Assembly (NCBI RefSeq): GCF_023055435.1
Contig: NW_025964334.1
Location: 22,506,001 to 22,570,000 of the forward strand
DNA: 64,000 nt
Origin: Haliotis rufescens
Taxonomy: Eukaryota
Direction: 5' to 3'
Shown here: positions 13,144 through 25,625 of the stretch, in pieces
How the letters are laid out: each line of letters begins with the position of its first letter
How positions within the stretch are numbered: the stretch's first letter is position 1
Translations under genes and position numbers: made by a program
The notes under the pieces: generated by a model
What the model was told of the DNA's origin: nothing
Database searches by the model: none
The model's input: only the letters and a program-made list of their open reading frames with translations

Positions 13144-13750
13144 GGAGAGGGAGAGTATTATGTGTGAGTAGTCTCAATGTAGATGTATTTGTTGTAAATG
13201 TCAGTGGCAGAAAACTATTGATGCTTCGGTAAAAGATATCAGGTGCTGTCGTGACCGGGTTTGAACTTTAGTCAACAGCATCGAATGGAACTTTGCGGCA
13301 GGTCTTTGTACTAGAATTAGAGTTATCTGCCCATATGGGCTGCATGAATATGACTGGCGTAATCGTCCTATAGTTTCTGGATTGGACAGTTTCTGACGCC
13401 TGTCATAAATATAAAGGCGACAAGAAGGCGATTCGGAGGCCTTTTGTTGGATTCGACTTATTTCCGATCTTGATATCTATTTGGAAGAAACGTATTCCTG
13501 CAAGGATTCAGCAATATTCTGGATTCAGGAATTGTGTTTTTTAAGAGTGACACTATAGTGAACTCCAGCGACTGCTGCTGCCGCTCATTTGACCTATTTA
13601 TGGTATGGTCTCGTTTTTGTAAAAATAAAACCGTATGTTTAAATATAATTCATTGATTAGTCATTGATTTTGTGTGGTCATTTACTTACTTCACAATTTA
13701 GGTCTATGCGTACCGATTTCTAGGCTAATCTCCGCATTTTAATTTATGAG
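13144..13750 (+). mobile_element. Polypurine tract and probable 3' LTR of the Gypsy relic
   Basis: ggagagggagag (13144-13155) followed by tattatgtg; internal TATAAA; motifs shared with 15335-16011; 3' boundary approximate. Confidence 0.5.
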
Positions 13751-14244
13751 TCACAGTGACACTGTCGACAATTTCCCTTTGAACCGATCCAGGTAAAATG
13801 TAAAGCCCCCAAATCGATTTTATCAAATTCAAAAATTGTACTTTTATCATGTCTAAACTTTACTATGGCTGAGCTTTAAAAAAGGAAATGTGAAACTGTT
13901 TCATGAATGCTTCCATTGCGACTTGAACAGTTTGGAGAAACTTCTTTATCAATAATTGACTTGTACACAGTAACTCCCAACGCGAAGCCGCGTAAGAACG
14001 ACTTCATCTCCTCGTTTATGTACGAATCTTAAGGTGAGTCATTTCATTTCCCTATACGAACAAAATTTCATCCAGGTTGTTCAGTTATAGAAAACGTGTT
14101 GCAGAACGAGGACTTGGCAGATCATGATGTAATTCCACTACCTGTGGCTGCCAAGACTGATCATACTGCTATCAACCTGTAGGTCATACAATCACACGTG
14201 ACGATTCTTTTGTTCACAATAACAACTTGGCAGTTATAATATGC

Positions 14245-15295
14245 CTAAAATGTGCGAGAAGATAAAGAGGAACTTGTTGAATGTCTTTCAGCGTGGGTTA
14301 CGTCAGGGCGTGGTGTTGTCGTGGTAGAATGCACAAACTTAAGGAGAGGAAACGGAATTGGAATAAAGCCTTTCTGTCCCGGTCAGCTGTCATCCAAAGT
14401 CATAAAAAGTGTGCAGTTGATTCCACTGACAAGGCCTCAAGTAACATAACCATTATGTGTAATCATCGCTACATTAATTGTTTGATCTAAGAACTTGACA
14501 TAAATGATATTCCAAATAATGCCACACTTCAGGCCAGTATGTTACCGGAGGACGAAATCTGTCAAAACTGTGCATCAGTATGATCAACTTTTGACGAGAC
14601 ATGAACATTGCTCTTTTGTACTTGATTCCAAATGTACCACCAAATCCCTGTCTCAAAGGACTTTTTTATATTCACAGTATTTGAGACAAATGGAATTGAT
14701 ACCATGTGGATTCTCAACTCAAAAGATTTGCTACTTTTTGCAGTCTCAGAAAAGAAGCATGGTCCATTCTGTCAAAACATTTCACTTTTCAACTTTGTAC
14801 ACCACCATGCCACATGACAAACTTGAGGAAAAAACTTTATTCCTTGATTCATGGGGTTCTTGTTATAAAACATGGTGACCACAGATACAGTCATGTATCT
14901 ATCGTCAGAGGTTCAGGACAATTTGTAAAAAAATGAAAGCAAATGCAATCTGAAGTTTACTGAGAAAACAATATGTGAAATGCAAAGTCAAAACAAGGTA
15001 ATTTGGCCAAGAAGTTTAATTTAAGTTCAGGTACATGTATATCGATGCTCTGGTGTCGTTCAATAACAAATAGCTGATACCCACCTGAACTAGAAAGAAA
15101 GGAGACCAGTGAGACCTCCTCATCTGTTTCATATTTAGATCTAGGCATAAAGATTCAGAGAGACAAATAACTCTACACAAAACTGTATGACAAGAGGAAT
15201 GACTTCAACTTTCGAATAGTCCACTTGCCCTTCATATCGAGCAATATTCCAGCAGCTTCAGCCTTTGCTGATTTTATTTCACAACTAGAAAAGGT
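14245..15295 (+). pseudogene. Penelope-like element (PLE) reverse transcriptase relic
   Basis: Frameshifted peptides TDKASSNITIMC, KCTTKSLS, FETNGIDTMWILNSKDLL, SVKTFHFSTLYTTMPHDKL, SVSYLDL, TKLYDKRNDFNFRIVHLPFISSNIPAASAF are typical of PLE RT. Confidence 0.8.
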
Positions 15296-15334
15296 TTTGT
15301 CGCTTTTTCAACTAATGGTCACATATGTAATGCA

Positions 15335-16011
15335 TGTCACGAAATTTAGTGTCTCTATTCCACAACACTTGCCACACAAGTGAATGAATGCGGAATCTCT
15401 GGGACCTGGCTTAAACCAAGAGCGGTCTTAGCCAGCCTATCTACAAGCTCGTTATCATACAGGTCTACATGAGGGCTGACTCACATAATATCACAACTTA
15501 TATACTTCGAATTGAGAAGAGTGTCTAATTTCATCATTGAAAATAAGACATCATAGCTCGATCTTGATACACAAGAGTTATCTGCAACCTTTATATCAAC
15601 ATGGCAGGCTTGAACACTGCAGAAACTTCTGGATGATAGAGTTGTTTCCAGGACACTAGTTGTACCTATATAAAAGCAATACGAAGACGATTCATTTTCG
15701 ATCTGACCTGTGTCTTATCTACTTGCCAAGTGCAGTTTGGATATCTATAAGTAAACAGCGAACTCCTGCCAGATTTAACACTATTCTGGATTCAAGAGCA
15801 GATACAGGCCTGTTTCAAGACATTCGAGAGTGACAAAATTAGTAAGTGCACTACCAATATTAATTATAGGGCTTATAGGCTAGGGCTCACTCATATGACT
15901 TCAGTCTCTTGTTTTTTTTATTGTAATTTATTGATTATTCATTTATCTTATGTGGTCATTTACTTTCTAAGTTAACCTGTGTTTTAGTTCGTAAATCACC
16001 GCGAAACAACA
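15335..16011 (+). mobile_element. Probable diverged solo LTR related to 13156-13750
   Basis: TGTCAC...AACA ends; ordered motifs agagttatctgc, tataaa, tcctgc, tattctggattca, gagtgaca, tgtggtcatttactt shared with the upstream LTR; no TSD found. Confidence 0.4.
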
Positions 16012-16095
16012 TTTACGTTTTGCTAAACAAATCAGCATTAATTTGTATTTAATTTCAGACGCAAAGACATTCATTTGAAAGTCTATAATCATCCC

Positions 16096-16250
16096 GGGCG
16101 GCTGGGTAGCCCAGTGGTTAAAGCGTTCGCTCGTCACGCCGAAGACCCGGGTTAGATGCCCCACATTACTATGTATGAAGCCCAATTCTGATGTCCCCCG
16201 CCGTGATATTGCTGGACGACTATTGCTAACAGCGGTGTAAAGCCACACCC
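16096..16250 (+). mobile_element. tRNA(Asp)-like SINE family D
   Basis: ggtagcccagtggttaaagcgttcgctcGTCacgccgaagacccgggt head and shared tail. Confidence 0.8.
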
Positions 16251-16737
16251 AGTATGGAACCGTGTTTAAAATAGGTCCCAATTGTCCCCCGGTAACAACC
16301 ACTGGGATGCGAACAATTGGGTACGAAGTCGATCATTTACTTGTAGCTTGAATATTGAGTTCGGCGTTAAAGAAAAGATAATGCCAGATTGCAGTATGTT
16401 CATTACGACTGCTGGCCGTACAAGCTATTCCAGGAGTAACAGCTCCACACGCCAGTGCTAGTGTTCTTCACATAAAACCGTTGACACGTCACACCTACCA
16501 CGGCAAGAGCAGACGTCAAAGTTTCCGGACTGAACGCCGTGACTGCAAGTGATGGAATACCAAACTAACCCTGTGTCGGGATACGTCCGGATTACTTCCA
16601 GTTGTGCCTCTTTCAGCTGCAGGCGGATGAAGTCACCCATTCATTCTTCCCATCTTGACATACCTTATCAGACAGCTGGCAGCCAGTAAACCAGGACGGA
16701 TATGCCACAGTGGTGTCCAGTGGAAATACTCACATGG

Positions 16738-17001
16738 TTGGTTGGTTGGTTGTTTAACGCCGCACTCAGCAATATTCCAGCTATATGACGGCGGTCTGTA
16801 AATAATCGAGTCTGGACCAGGCAATCTAGCGATTAATATCATGAGCATCGATCCACTCAATTGCGATCGATCACATGCATCAACCAAGTCAGCGAGTCTG
16901 ACCGCCCGATCCCTTTAGTCACCTTTTACGACAAGCATAGTCGCCTTTTACGGCAAGCATGGGTTGCTGAAGATCTATTCTACCCCGGATCTTCACGGGT
17001 C
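16738..17001 (-). mobile_element. Family C short retroposon without a tRNA head, full length (264 bp)
   Basis: 13-bp TSD aatactcacatgg (16725-16737, 17002-17014); 5' end GACCCGTGAAGATCCGGGG; (aacc)n tail. Confidence 0.9.
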
Positions 17002-17319
17002 AATACTCACATGGACAGTGACCTAGAAAGACGTTCGTTATGTACAAGAAATATTATTGTTTCAGATAACGTTTATCAGATAATAATATATAATAATGAG
17101 ATCCAACCTTTAGTACGATAACTATCGTTTCTTTTCAATTTAAGTAAAACAGTATGTATAGGCATCATCTGTTCAGATTGTGGTTAGGCCTGTACTGTCG
17201 ATAATGTTTCATATGCACATGCTCTCATAAATACAAACATCGAATAAAATGTCAAGAATATTATCCTAATCAGAGTAATGTTCACTGTAATTCGTAACCT
17301 GTGGTTAAACGATACCATG

Positions 17320-17500
17320 TGAGGTGAGGTAAGGTTTACACGTGTATATATGGTTTAATGCACTAACCTGGACTTATGTCGGTTTTATTGTGCTAGCCTA
17401 CGGAGATATCATGCCTCAGTTTAACATGGATACTCAGACACGGGATACTGACTCCGAGCCGACCAGTCCTTGTTTCATCCTCCCAATGCCGAGTTTTAAC
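17320..17500 (-). mobile_element. SINE family A fragment
   Basis: gaggtgaggt tail plus atactgactccgagccgaccagtccttgttt segment. Confidence 0.6.
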
Positions 17501-19868
17501 ATAACGGGATCGATAACCGACGTTCCGCTCTAGATCTCCGAGTCGGTTAAACATTAAACGTTAACATGAGCGACAAAACAAATAAGTATACAGAGCGAGT
17601 GAGGTGGGTTTAACGCACTTATTATTGCACAAAAACCACAACGTCGCATGTTATTGTTGGAGGAATGTTTACAGCAGATGAACTCAAATATCATCTTGAG
17701 AACGGATCTGGGATTCGATCCTAATACCAGTATAATCTTGTACAATGAATTGCCCGGGCTTAGAAAACTTGATCACCCGTTACCCTCATAAGATAAGTCA
17801 TGCACAGAAACAACACTCAGAAGGCACTGTCTGAAGCTGAGCGTTAAACCTAAACGACGAAGTCAAAGGTACCAGAATAATTCGACTGTTAGGTCAGGCC
17901 ATTTTGAAGAGTTCGTTAGCAGCACATTATAGATAAAATGTCTGCATTGTAAGCAAACATCTGGGCTATCATATTTGTACACAAATGAACTAATTGGAAA
18001 CACTGGTTGGGTTTTTCATTCTGCTGGAGACATCTTTTAAATACCATCATCTGTTATCAATCGTATTTGACACAAATAACCTTTTGTAAAGTCAAACTAT
18101 GACGACAATTTGAAAAGAAGGTGACAGACAACCTTTGCACAAACTGTGTTCTTGTAATGCGTCAACAGTTGACCCTAGTGCCGATAATGTGCATCATTAA
18201 TAATTCACTGTGGGCTTGGGTGTATATATCCACTTGCCGCACCAAACACGTGTGACATGGAACACTGTAGCTGTGATGCATACCGCAGAATGTGGCACTC
18301 CATATCGCTGACGTGTTAAATCCATTGTGTTATGGGCTTTGGACTCCAAGCTCTCATCTACCGCAGGCCAAGGACATTGTACTAATCTACCTGTCACACC
18401 ATAAAACAAATATAATCAATTAACACGTGCTTTTCATGTCATGTAATACTTCAGATCACAAACACATCGTAAGAACAAACATTTTATAATTCTAGAATTT
18501 CTTCGTTTGATATTTGTATATTGATTGGACCAATTAAATATTAATCCCTGTTTTTGTATGCGGACTCGCTAATGATCAGAAATAAACAAATGCTATTATC
18601 TTCGTCTGAAATATACACGTTACATATTTGTGCTACGTGATTGCACTTTTTTAAATTACGTTCTTTTGTAATTTTGATAAACGTCTCAATCGGAGTTGCA
18701 ACTTGAAAGTAGAGGTGGATTTATTCACACAGATAATTTTTTGACACATTTTACATTCGTTTCAGCCAACCAAGCGGTTGGGTTGTCATGGTTATCCATT
18801 GTTAGATGACACTCCCCATCGTTTGATGACGTCATTGCAGTCCAAGGTGATATATGAGTTGAAAGAATGTGCTACTGATAAATGTGTACATCTCTTGACG
18901 ATGCATTTAATGTACATATATTTCATGTGATATAAGTGTTATTTACTGTCTATTGTCGTAACAATGTTATTATATTACTAAAAGAAACATACTGTTATAC
19001 AACAGTTAAATGTATCCAGAAATGAACTACTTGCTTCGGTTTTGAAAGTTATGCCCCTTGCTGTCAATCGACCAATCGGTGGTCAGGAAAGGTTGTCTTC
19101 TCCGCTGAAAACTCTGACCTCACAAAAGTGCAACCTCCCGTTGAAACCATTGCAGGGTGCTGAAGAGAACCGGCGTGACTCATTTTGTCCTAACATCAAC
19201 CGTGATCGTGTGACCTGAGAATAACCAGTGTCGATTATCCAGATTCCACTGGATGTAAAGGGAAAAATAGCGGTGAAAATTATATAAATGGATTACTGAT
19301 AATCAGTGATTGCACAAGGTGTTTGCGAATAGTGTAAGCATGTCCTTCCCTACCGGTTACACGTGCCACTCAAACAATTTGCATAACAAATATATGTCTG
19401 TAGCCTGACAAACGTTTAAGGCCACGTGATGAGACAGCCATGTAGTTTGACAAAGAAACTTAAATGTTACATTCAGTTTGCATTTTGCTATTCACACCAA
19501 TATTTATTTGCCAACGAACGAACGGACACCAGATTGAAAAATGTTCCGACAATGGTTGTGGCAAGTATACCACCGTTCGCGACGTCTACAAGCATATGTC
19601 ACAAATATCTGCCAGCCACAAATTATTGTTGAAATGTCGACGAGGTAATATCATCAAAGAGACTGAACCGCTTGAAATGTCATAGAAAGTCATTGCAAAA
19701 TAGGCAGACACTAAATATCATATTTTCCCTCTCATTTCATGCATTGGTTCGGTTACGTTCACAAGCGTTTACAAAAGGTCTTCATTGTATAAGCGATACG
19801 TTAAACTTCTGTTCATGAGTTCTAAGAGTTTGTATAAGCAATGGTTTTGTGAGACCTTTTGTAACATA

Positions 19869-20212
19869 CCGCATTCGACGTAATAAGCGCCCCGCTCTTA
19901 TAAGCGCACACGGCGATATTTGCTTATATATTGGCTAATGAACAATCCCAATCAGCACCCCTTCCAATTGATCAATGTACACAAGACTTATTTATTCGCG
20001 TATAATACGCACTCGTGTGTTATATGCACCCTTAATTATTGGCAATTAAATTCTGGAAAAATATATCTGTCGTATGTAAACATTTCAGGCTGTCAGCATA
20101 AACCACGAATTTTACGATCTTTCAACTCTTTTTTCACCAAAATAATATTCTTATAAAAGCCCTCTATTTCTAATTTTGGGAGCGCCCTGGGCGCTTATTA
20201 CGTCAAATACAG
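19869..20212 (+). mobile_element. Tc1/mariner-pogo-type MITE (~344 bp)
   Basis: Imperfect ~24-bp TIRs ccgcattcgacgtaataagcgccc / gggcgcttattacgtcaaatacag flanked by TA; second copy at 29654-29994. Confidence 0.85.
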
Positions 20213-20545
20213 TAGTTGAAGAAAAGGTTTGCTAGTATTGACATTCACTAAACATTATTGGCGTGTGTGGTGAAGATGTTATGAGTGATTGTGCAAAACG
20301 TGTGTGTGGTTCCATTTTGATATTTGTCGTGCCTCTCTATTCGAGACAGATTCGTCCACATTATTAGGTTATTATTTTGCCAATGCTGAAATATACACTA
20401 AAAAACACAATCTTCCAGTTACAAATGTTTAAGAAAATAAAATATGAAACATATTTCATTAATCAGCTGTAGATGACAAACACCGAGCTAGTTATCTAAA
20501 TAACTATTAACTAATTATAAGTAACATTATTCCTGGTATTTTGAT

Positions 20546-20604
20546 TGTATGTATGTATGTATGTATGTATGTATGTATGTATGTATGTATGTATGTATGT
20601 ATGT
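20546..20604. repeat. (TATG)n microsatellite
   Basis: Seen directly. Confidence 0.95.
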
Positions 20605-20732
20605 ACAGTTCATCAGTGTGTCATATTTGTGTAGTAAGTCACCAAAACTGTATGCTTGATGATGAGGTGAGGTGAAATGGGGTTTAACATCGCGTTCAAG
20701 ATTATTGCACTTATATAGCGACGTGCATTCAC

Positions 20733-20735
<3 letters not shown>

Positions 20736-20797
<62 letters not shown>
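20736..20797. repeat. (TG)n microsatellite inside a SINE A 3' fragment
   Basis: Seen directly; flanks are SINE A sequence. Confidence 0.95.
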
Positions 20798-20798
<1 letters not shown>

Positions 20799-20819
20799 CT
20801 GCTTGTATAACTTCTTCAT

Positions 20820-22300
20820 AATTGAACAAAACGTCCAGCAATTCTTTGAGTTTAAAGAACCCACATGGAATTAATTGCACTTGTTTCAAATACTTTATGT
20901 GAAAAAAGAGTCCTACCTTTATTATATTAAGAAGTAAGAAGGTTTGAGAAGGGGATTTGATGGTACTTTTGCTGGACCTAACAATATATATCTTTGGACG
21001 TACATTTAAGGAGCTGTGGAGGAATTGACATGCCTTTATGTTTTAGTATCGAGCCAAATGTTGATAGTTCTGATCATGACGAAGCAAGACTTTTGAAGAC
21101 AGCTGGCTGGGACTGAATGAGTTCATTCCAAGTTTGTTTCCACTTTTTCAGAAAGTGGCAACATCACATACTGCCTTGACCTACTCCTAAAGACATTCAA
21201 CAGGTTCATCATCTCTTTAGGACCATGTTTTGGCCTCATCCATAATGATCTTAAAGTTGTAATCCCAACTTGAGTCGAACGTTATCGATATTTTGGACGG
21301 TATCTGAATAACTGACGAAGGTGCTTTTTTGCCAACAATAGTGAAGCCACCTGTGATTGTGTGATCAACAGATTTTGTTGCAGTAAAATATACCTTGGTG
21401 ATGGAATTAATATAAGGAGCTGCCAAGGCAACACATTCCTTAAATTGAACATCTTTGATGAGATGGTTTTAGTATCAGAGAATGAAACTGTTGGTGGTTC
21501 CTGAAAATTGAAATACATAATTATTAATAAATAGTCATTTGAGGAAAGAGATTTTTTGTGTGAGAAACCACTTAAGTTTATAGCATCAATTCCCTTGTTT
21601 GAACTTTTCAAATTTTGAAACATGCGTTTTTTTCTTATTTAGTTGAGTCTGTGTCTTGTTTGGTCAAATGTTTCAAAGCAATATCAAGACTGGACTTTTA
21701 CTGTGTTGATCCATCCATCATCAAAAGTTGCAAAGTTGTTTGATTTCCTTCATTGACACATCATGTAGTCTTGTTCTCACTTTGTGCAGTCCCAATGGTA
21801 CGATTTTGCCTTCGTCCTATCTTGTGACTTTGGCTGTGATGGCTTCATTTGAGATGCCGGAACAAAGTCAATACATTGAAATTGGCAGTTCGTTGGTTAG
21901 AACGACTGCCAACGCCTTTATTTTTTACATTACATCAATATGGCATAGGTGTACTCAACAGTTGAATCCAATGGTTTTCTCTGGACGCTCTATCAGATCG
22001 ACTGCATTTAAGGATATTAGATAGATAATATATTTTCTCTAAGAGCCTAATTTCCATGCAAAGGATAAGGTGTTTTTCGGAGTTGAAACATTGGAAACAT
22101 CACTTTTGATGCCCAATTTCGTGTCGATAATTTCCGTATTTCCGTATACATAAAGCAATCAACAAATGGTATATTCAATGCCATATACGCCGTTTTTAGT
22201 TTGACATGACAGGTCTTCAAAACGATTCGTGCAACAGTGTAAAGTTATGTTTGAATTCAGGATAAGCTTTTCAAAATTTTGTACTACATAGGAAACACTT
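20820..22300 (-). pseudogene. Penelope-like element relic with N-terminal GIY-YIG endonuclease (Naiad/Chlamys-type layout)
   Basis: Minus-strand order: DLSCQTKNGVYGIEYTIC*LLYV (GIY-YIG), IRLLEKIY, RENHWIQLLSTPMPY*CNVKNKGVG, NKGIDAINL...EPPTVSFSDTKTISSKMFN, WDYNFKIIMD, VFETSAINSMWV; multiple stops and frameshifts. Confidence 0.75.
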
Positions 22301-23089
22301 CATTGAGATGTATTTGAAGAAAACTGTCCTCTAACTGTACTGAACATGTTTGTAGGTTTGTAATTGAATCTCACTATTTTTTAAAAAGAAGTTGCCTTCA
22401 GTTTGAAGGTACAGCACAGGATATCCCGAATGACCACCCGAGGATTGCAATCTTGGTGTGTAGGTGTAGCTTTACTGTCTGGGCCCAAACAGTTTCTCTT
22501 TGTCTGTTTAACATATTTAGGAAAATGCTACCAAGTTAGTGATATGTCTCCGGGTCAATATGAAAACCAAAGGTAAAATCGACTTAGTTCATGTAAATTA
22601 AAGCGATAAAACCATTTCAATTTCAAAAATCATAAGAAATCAACGACAAAAATTATAACTCGGAATTTAGATCGACAGCAACTGACGTCAGCCCATCAGG
22701 AACCATTGGGAATAGCGGTACCTTTACCATTGCTACCGGCGATTGGTTAGCAATTTTATCCGACAATTAAAAATACAAATATACCGGAATTCAAATAACC
22801 AGCAGGTATAAAATGAAGCGGTCTTACATACCTCGTGAGAGAGGTCTCCACGGCAAATGATTCAGATTAGGACATTCATGATCAGCTTTTCATGTTGAAT
22901 TACAAGAACAAAAACAAACCACAAACGTTATGGAAAAAGATTAGAAAATGCCACAAACTCAATTCATTCAATACAGGTCCATAATTATAGACCACTTATT
23001 TTTAACGACAACGTAAATAAAAGATAAGCGTACGACTGTTAAAGAGTTAAAGCCAAATGGACCCTCAAGCGCCTGAAACCTGAACCAAA

Positions 23090-23860
23090 ATCATTACTGA
23101 GTAACGTTCAATCAAATAAGTAAAAACCACTCTGATGACAACAGATTCCTTTCTTGCAGGGGATAAATTTTTAAGTTTTGCTCGATAAGCGAGAATACAA
23201 TTGTGACGAATGATCTTCGCATAGCCTATGAAAGAAGAATGTGAGCAGTTGATAAAGAATGGATAGTCAAATACATGTCTATCCATCTCGTCATTAACCC
23301 AACGAAATAGAAAGTGTATGTATGCCACGTAGGTCTATATTATGTAGTTGTTATGTATTCTATTTCATGATTTGTCATGAAATTGTTTTTCTTTGACTCA
23401 TTTTTAAACCCTGCCAACCAAGAATGTTGTTTCGGAAAGTGCTGTACAAAGTGTTTTGACATGATTGAACTTTTCGGAGTTTGCAGAATATCCTTTGAGA
23501 TTTGCGAATCCACATGGTATTAATTCCACTTGTCTTAAATATGGTCTGTTAATAAAACGAAAGTCCTTGATTGTATTAAGGATCATGATGAATGTTCTCA
23601 ATGAGTGAGTGAGTGAGTGAGTGAGTGAGTGAGTATGGTTTTACACCGCTTTTAGCAATATTCCAGCAATGAGCTTTACACATTGTACCCATGTCGTAAT
23701 TCGAGCCCTGGTCTTCGGCGTGACGAGCTAACGCTTTCACTACTAGGCTACCCGACCGCCCCGTTCTCAATAAAATCTTGGAACCCTTTCGTATTGCAGC
23801 GCAGTGGCTTGTATGTCAAGAATAAACATTTAAATAATACCTTTGTTATTAGAACGAATG
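23090..23860 (-). pseudogene. Third PLE RT relic, interrupted by a SINE
   Basis: ILNTIKDF...IFKTSGINTMWI is homologous to the same segment in the other two PLE relics; boundaries approximate. Confidence 0.55.
23603..23762 (-). mobile_element. SINE family D
   Basis: 9-bp TSD gttctcaat (23594-23602, 23763-23771); tRNA-Asp-like head; (actc)n tail. Confidence 0.9.
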
Positions 23861-24632
23861 TCGTTTCCGTAGACGATGTCACTGACATATAATTGTCACT
23901 ACAGTAATTAATTGTCGCTTTGAGAGATATTTCCATTATATGCACCTAAGTCAATGCAAAATAAGGCTTATACAGCAGCGAATATAAGATTTATTCTCAG
24001 AATTGGAAATGAAAGAATATGTGCAATGGTCATGTAGGTAATCTATTAGGTCTTTTGTCTTGTAAGATAGTGACATGTCTGACCAAATAACAATGGACCC
24101 ACGGATGCGTTTCCCTCCGTGCCAAGCAATACAACCTGTATCCAAGCATATGATGTTACACCTGAGGACATCAAAGAGGGCGCTCTGCTCATCAAGCGAG
24201 TTGGTAAACAATGTGATCAGTTTCATAGCATCATGGGATTTCAGAAGAGCATTATGTTCTTTTCACAACCTACAGGTACCACCTTGCTAGTTTGTAGCAA
24301 CCTACAAGATAGTCCACTTGGATCTCTGGAATGTATTGTGTTATTCATGTTGTCAAAGACACCATATGTCCAGATATAATGATAATGCATGTGGTTAGAC
24401 GGTACGGTCAATAACTTAAACTCCATGAACAGAAATATTAAGTTAAGATTATGGCTTTTGTAACTATTCTTTTTTTTAACCCTTTGATATCACCAGTGAC
24501 GTATAGTAATAAAACCGAACTTTCACGAAATGGCGCAATACAAATCCTAATAACTACTACTACTTGGTACATGTTGCTATACAGAAGACTCAATTATATA
24601 GAGGTCGGACAATACCATGCCCCCTCAAAGGT

Positions 24633-25625
24633 AGACTGACTAGGAGCTAGGTATGTTCCCTACCAGACAGACAGACTAGAAGGCAGCTATGATCCTTAAT
24701 AGACAGACGCACTAGCTAGGAGACAAATGTGCCCATACTAAACTGACAGAGATACTAGAAGGCAGGTATGATCCCTAATATACAGACGGACCAGCTAGGA
24801 GACAACTGTGCCCATACTAAACAGACAGACATACTAGAAGGGAGCTATGCCCATACTAGACAGTTGGTCTGTATCGCTAAGAAGCAGATATGCCCCTTTT
24901 AGTCAGATGGATTAGGAGAAAGCTATGCTATGCCCTCCGGGGTAGGAGACAGTTAATGTGCCAAACACAGACGGACGGGGATACAGCTATGTCCTTACTA
25001 TTCAAACAAACTAGGAGACAGCTATGTCCTTCTTATGTTGTAAGGGGTAGCTATGCTCTCTAATAGACGGACGGGCTAGAAGAGTGTTTATCCTACCTCA
25101 CAAACAGCCTAGACACCTACTAGGCAGACCGACAAAGAGTCAGTTGTACCCCTAGAAGACAGACAGACTAGAATCAACTATGATCCTTACTAGACATACG
25201 GACTAGGAGACAGCTGTGTCCCTTCCAGACAGACAGTCTTGAAGAAAGCTTTATCTACTCGCCAAACAGTCCAGCGATAGCTATGTTCATCAATTGGAAG
25301 GACAGCTGTGCGCATGCTAGACAGACAGACTGGGAGACAGTTTTGCCCATACCACAGACTGTCTATATTTCAGATATATATCGAAGGTATGCCCCTTCTA
25401 GTCAGATGGACAAGAAGAGAGCTGTGTCGCTAATAGACAGACAGACAAGAAGGCATATGTGATCCCACATGGACAGTCCGACTTGGAGACAGCTGTGACT
25501 TTAATAGACAAACGACCTTGAAAAGATCTCATCCTACAAGGCAAACAGACCAGGCGACAGCAACGTCCCTTATAGACAGATGGACTTGCGGACATCTACT
25601 TCTTCGAGATATGACCCAACTAGAA
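24633..25625. repeat. Old degenerate ~35-bp tandem array
   Basis: Recurring ...tactagacagacggactaggagacagctatgtcc... Confidence 0.75.

Larger units (their letters stand above)
20375..20810 (-). repeat. Inverted duplicate of 28711-29160 (SINE A 3' end plus unique flank)
   Basis: Reverse-complement match on both sides of the gap at 28859-29003. Confidence 0.85.

Noticed and set aside
16458-16640. 60-aa ORF MGDFIRLQLKEAQLEVIRTYPD...
   Set aside because: Protein-like but unrecognised, with upstream in-frame stops and no splice support.
19520-19625. C2H2-like peptide KCSDNGCGKYTTVRDVYKHMSQ
   Set aside because: Spacing is non-canonical, the second His is misplaced and there is no gene context.
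21925-22170. In-frame TGA codons in the PLE as selenocysteine
   Set aside because: They fall at positions expected to be Gly rather than Cys, in an element that also has frameshifts and other stops.
22380-22800. Hammerhead ribozyme expected near the PLE 5' region
   Set aside because: No CUGANGA...GAAA core with supporting stems found by eye.
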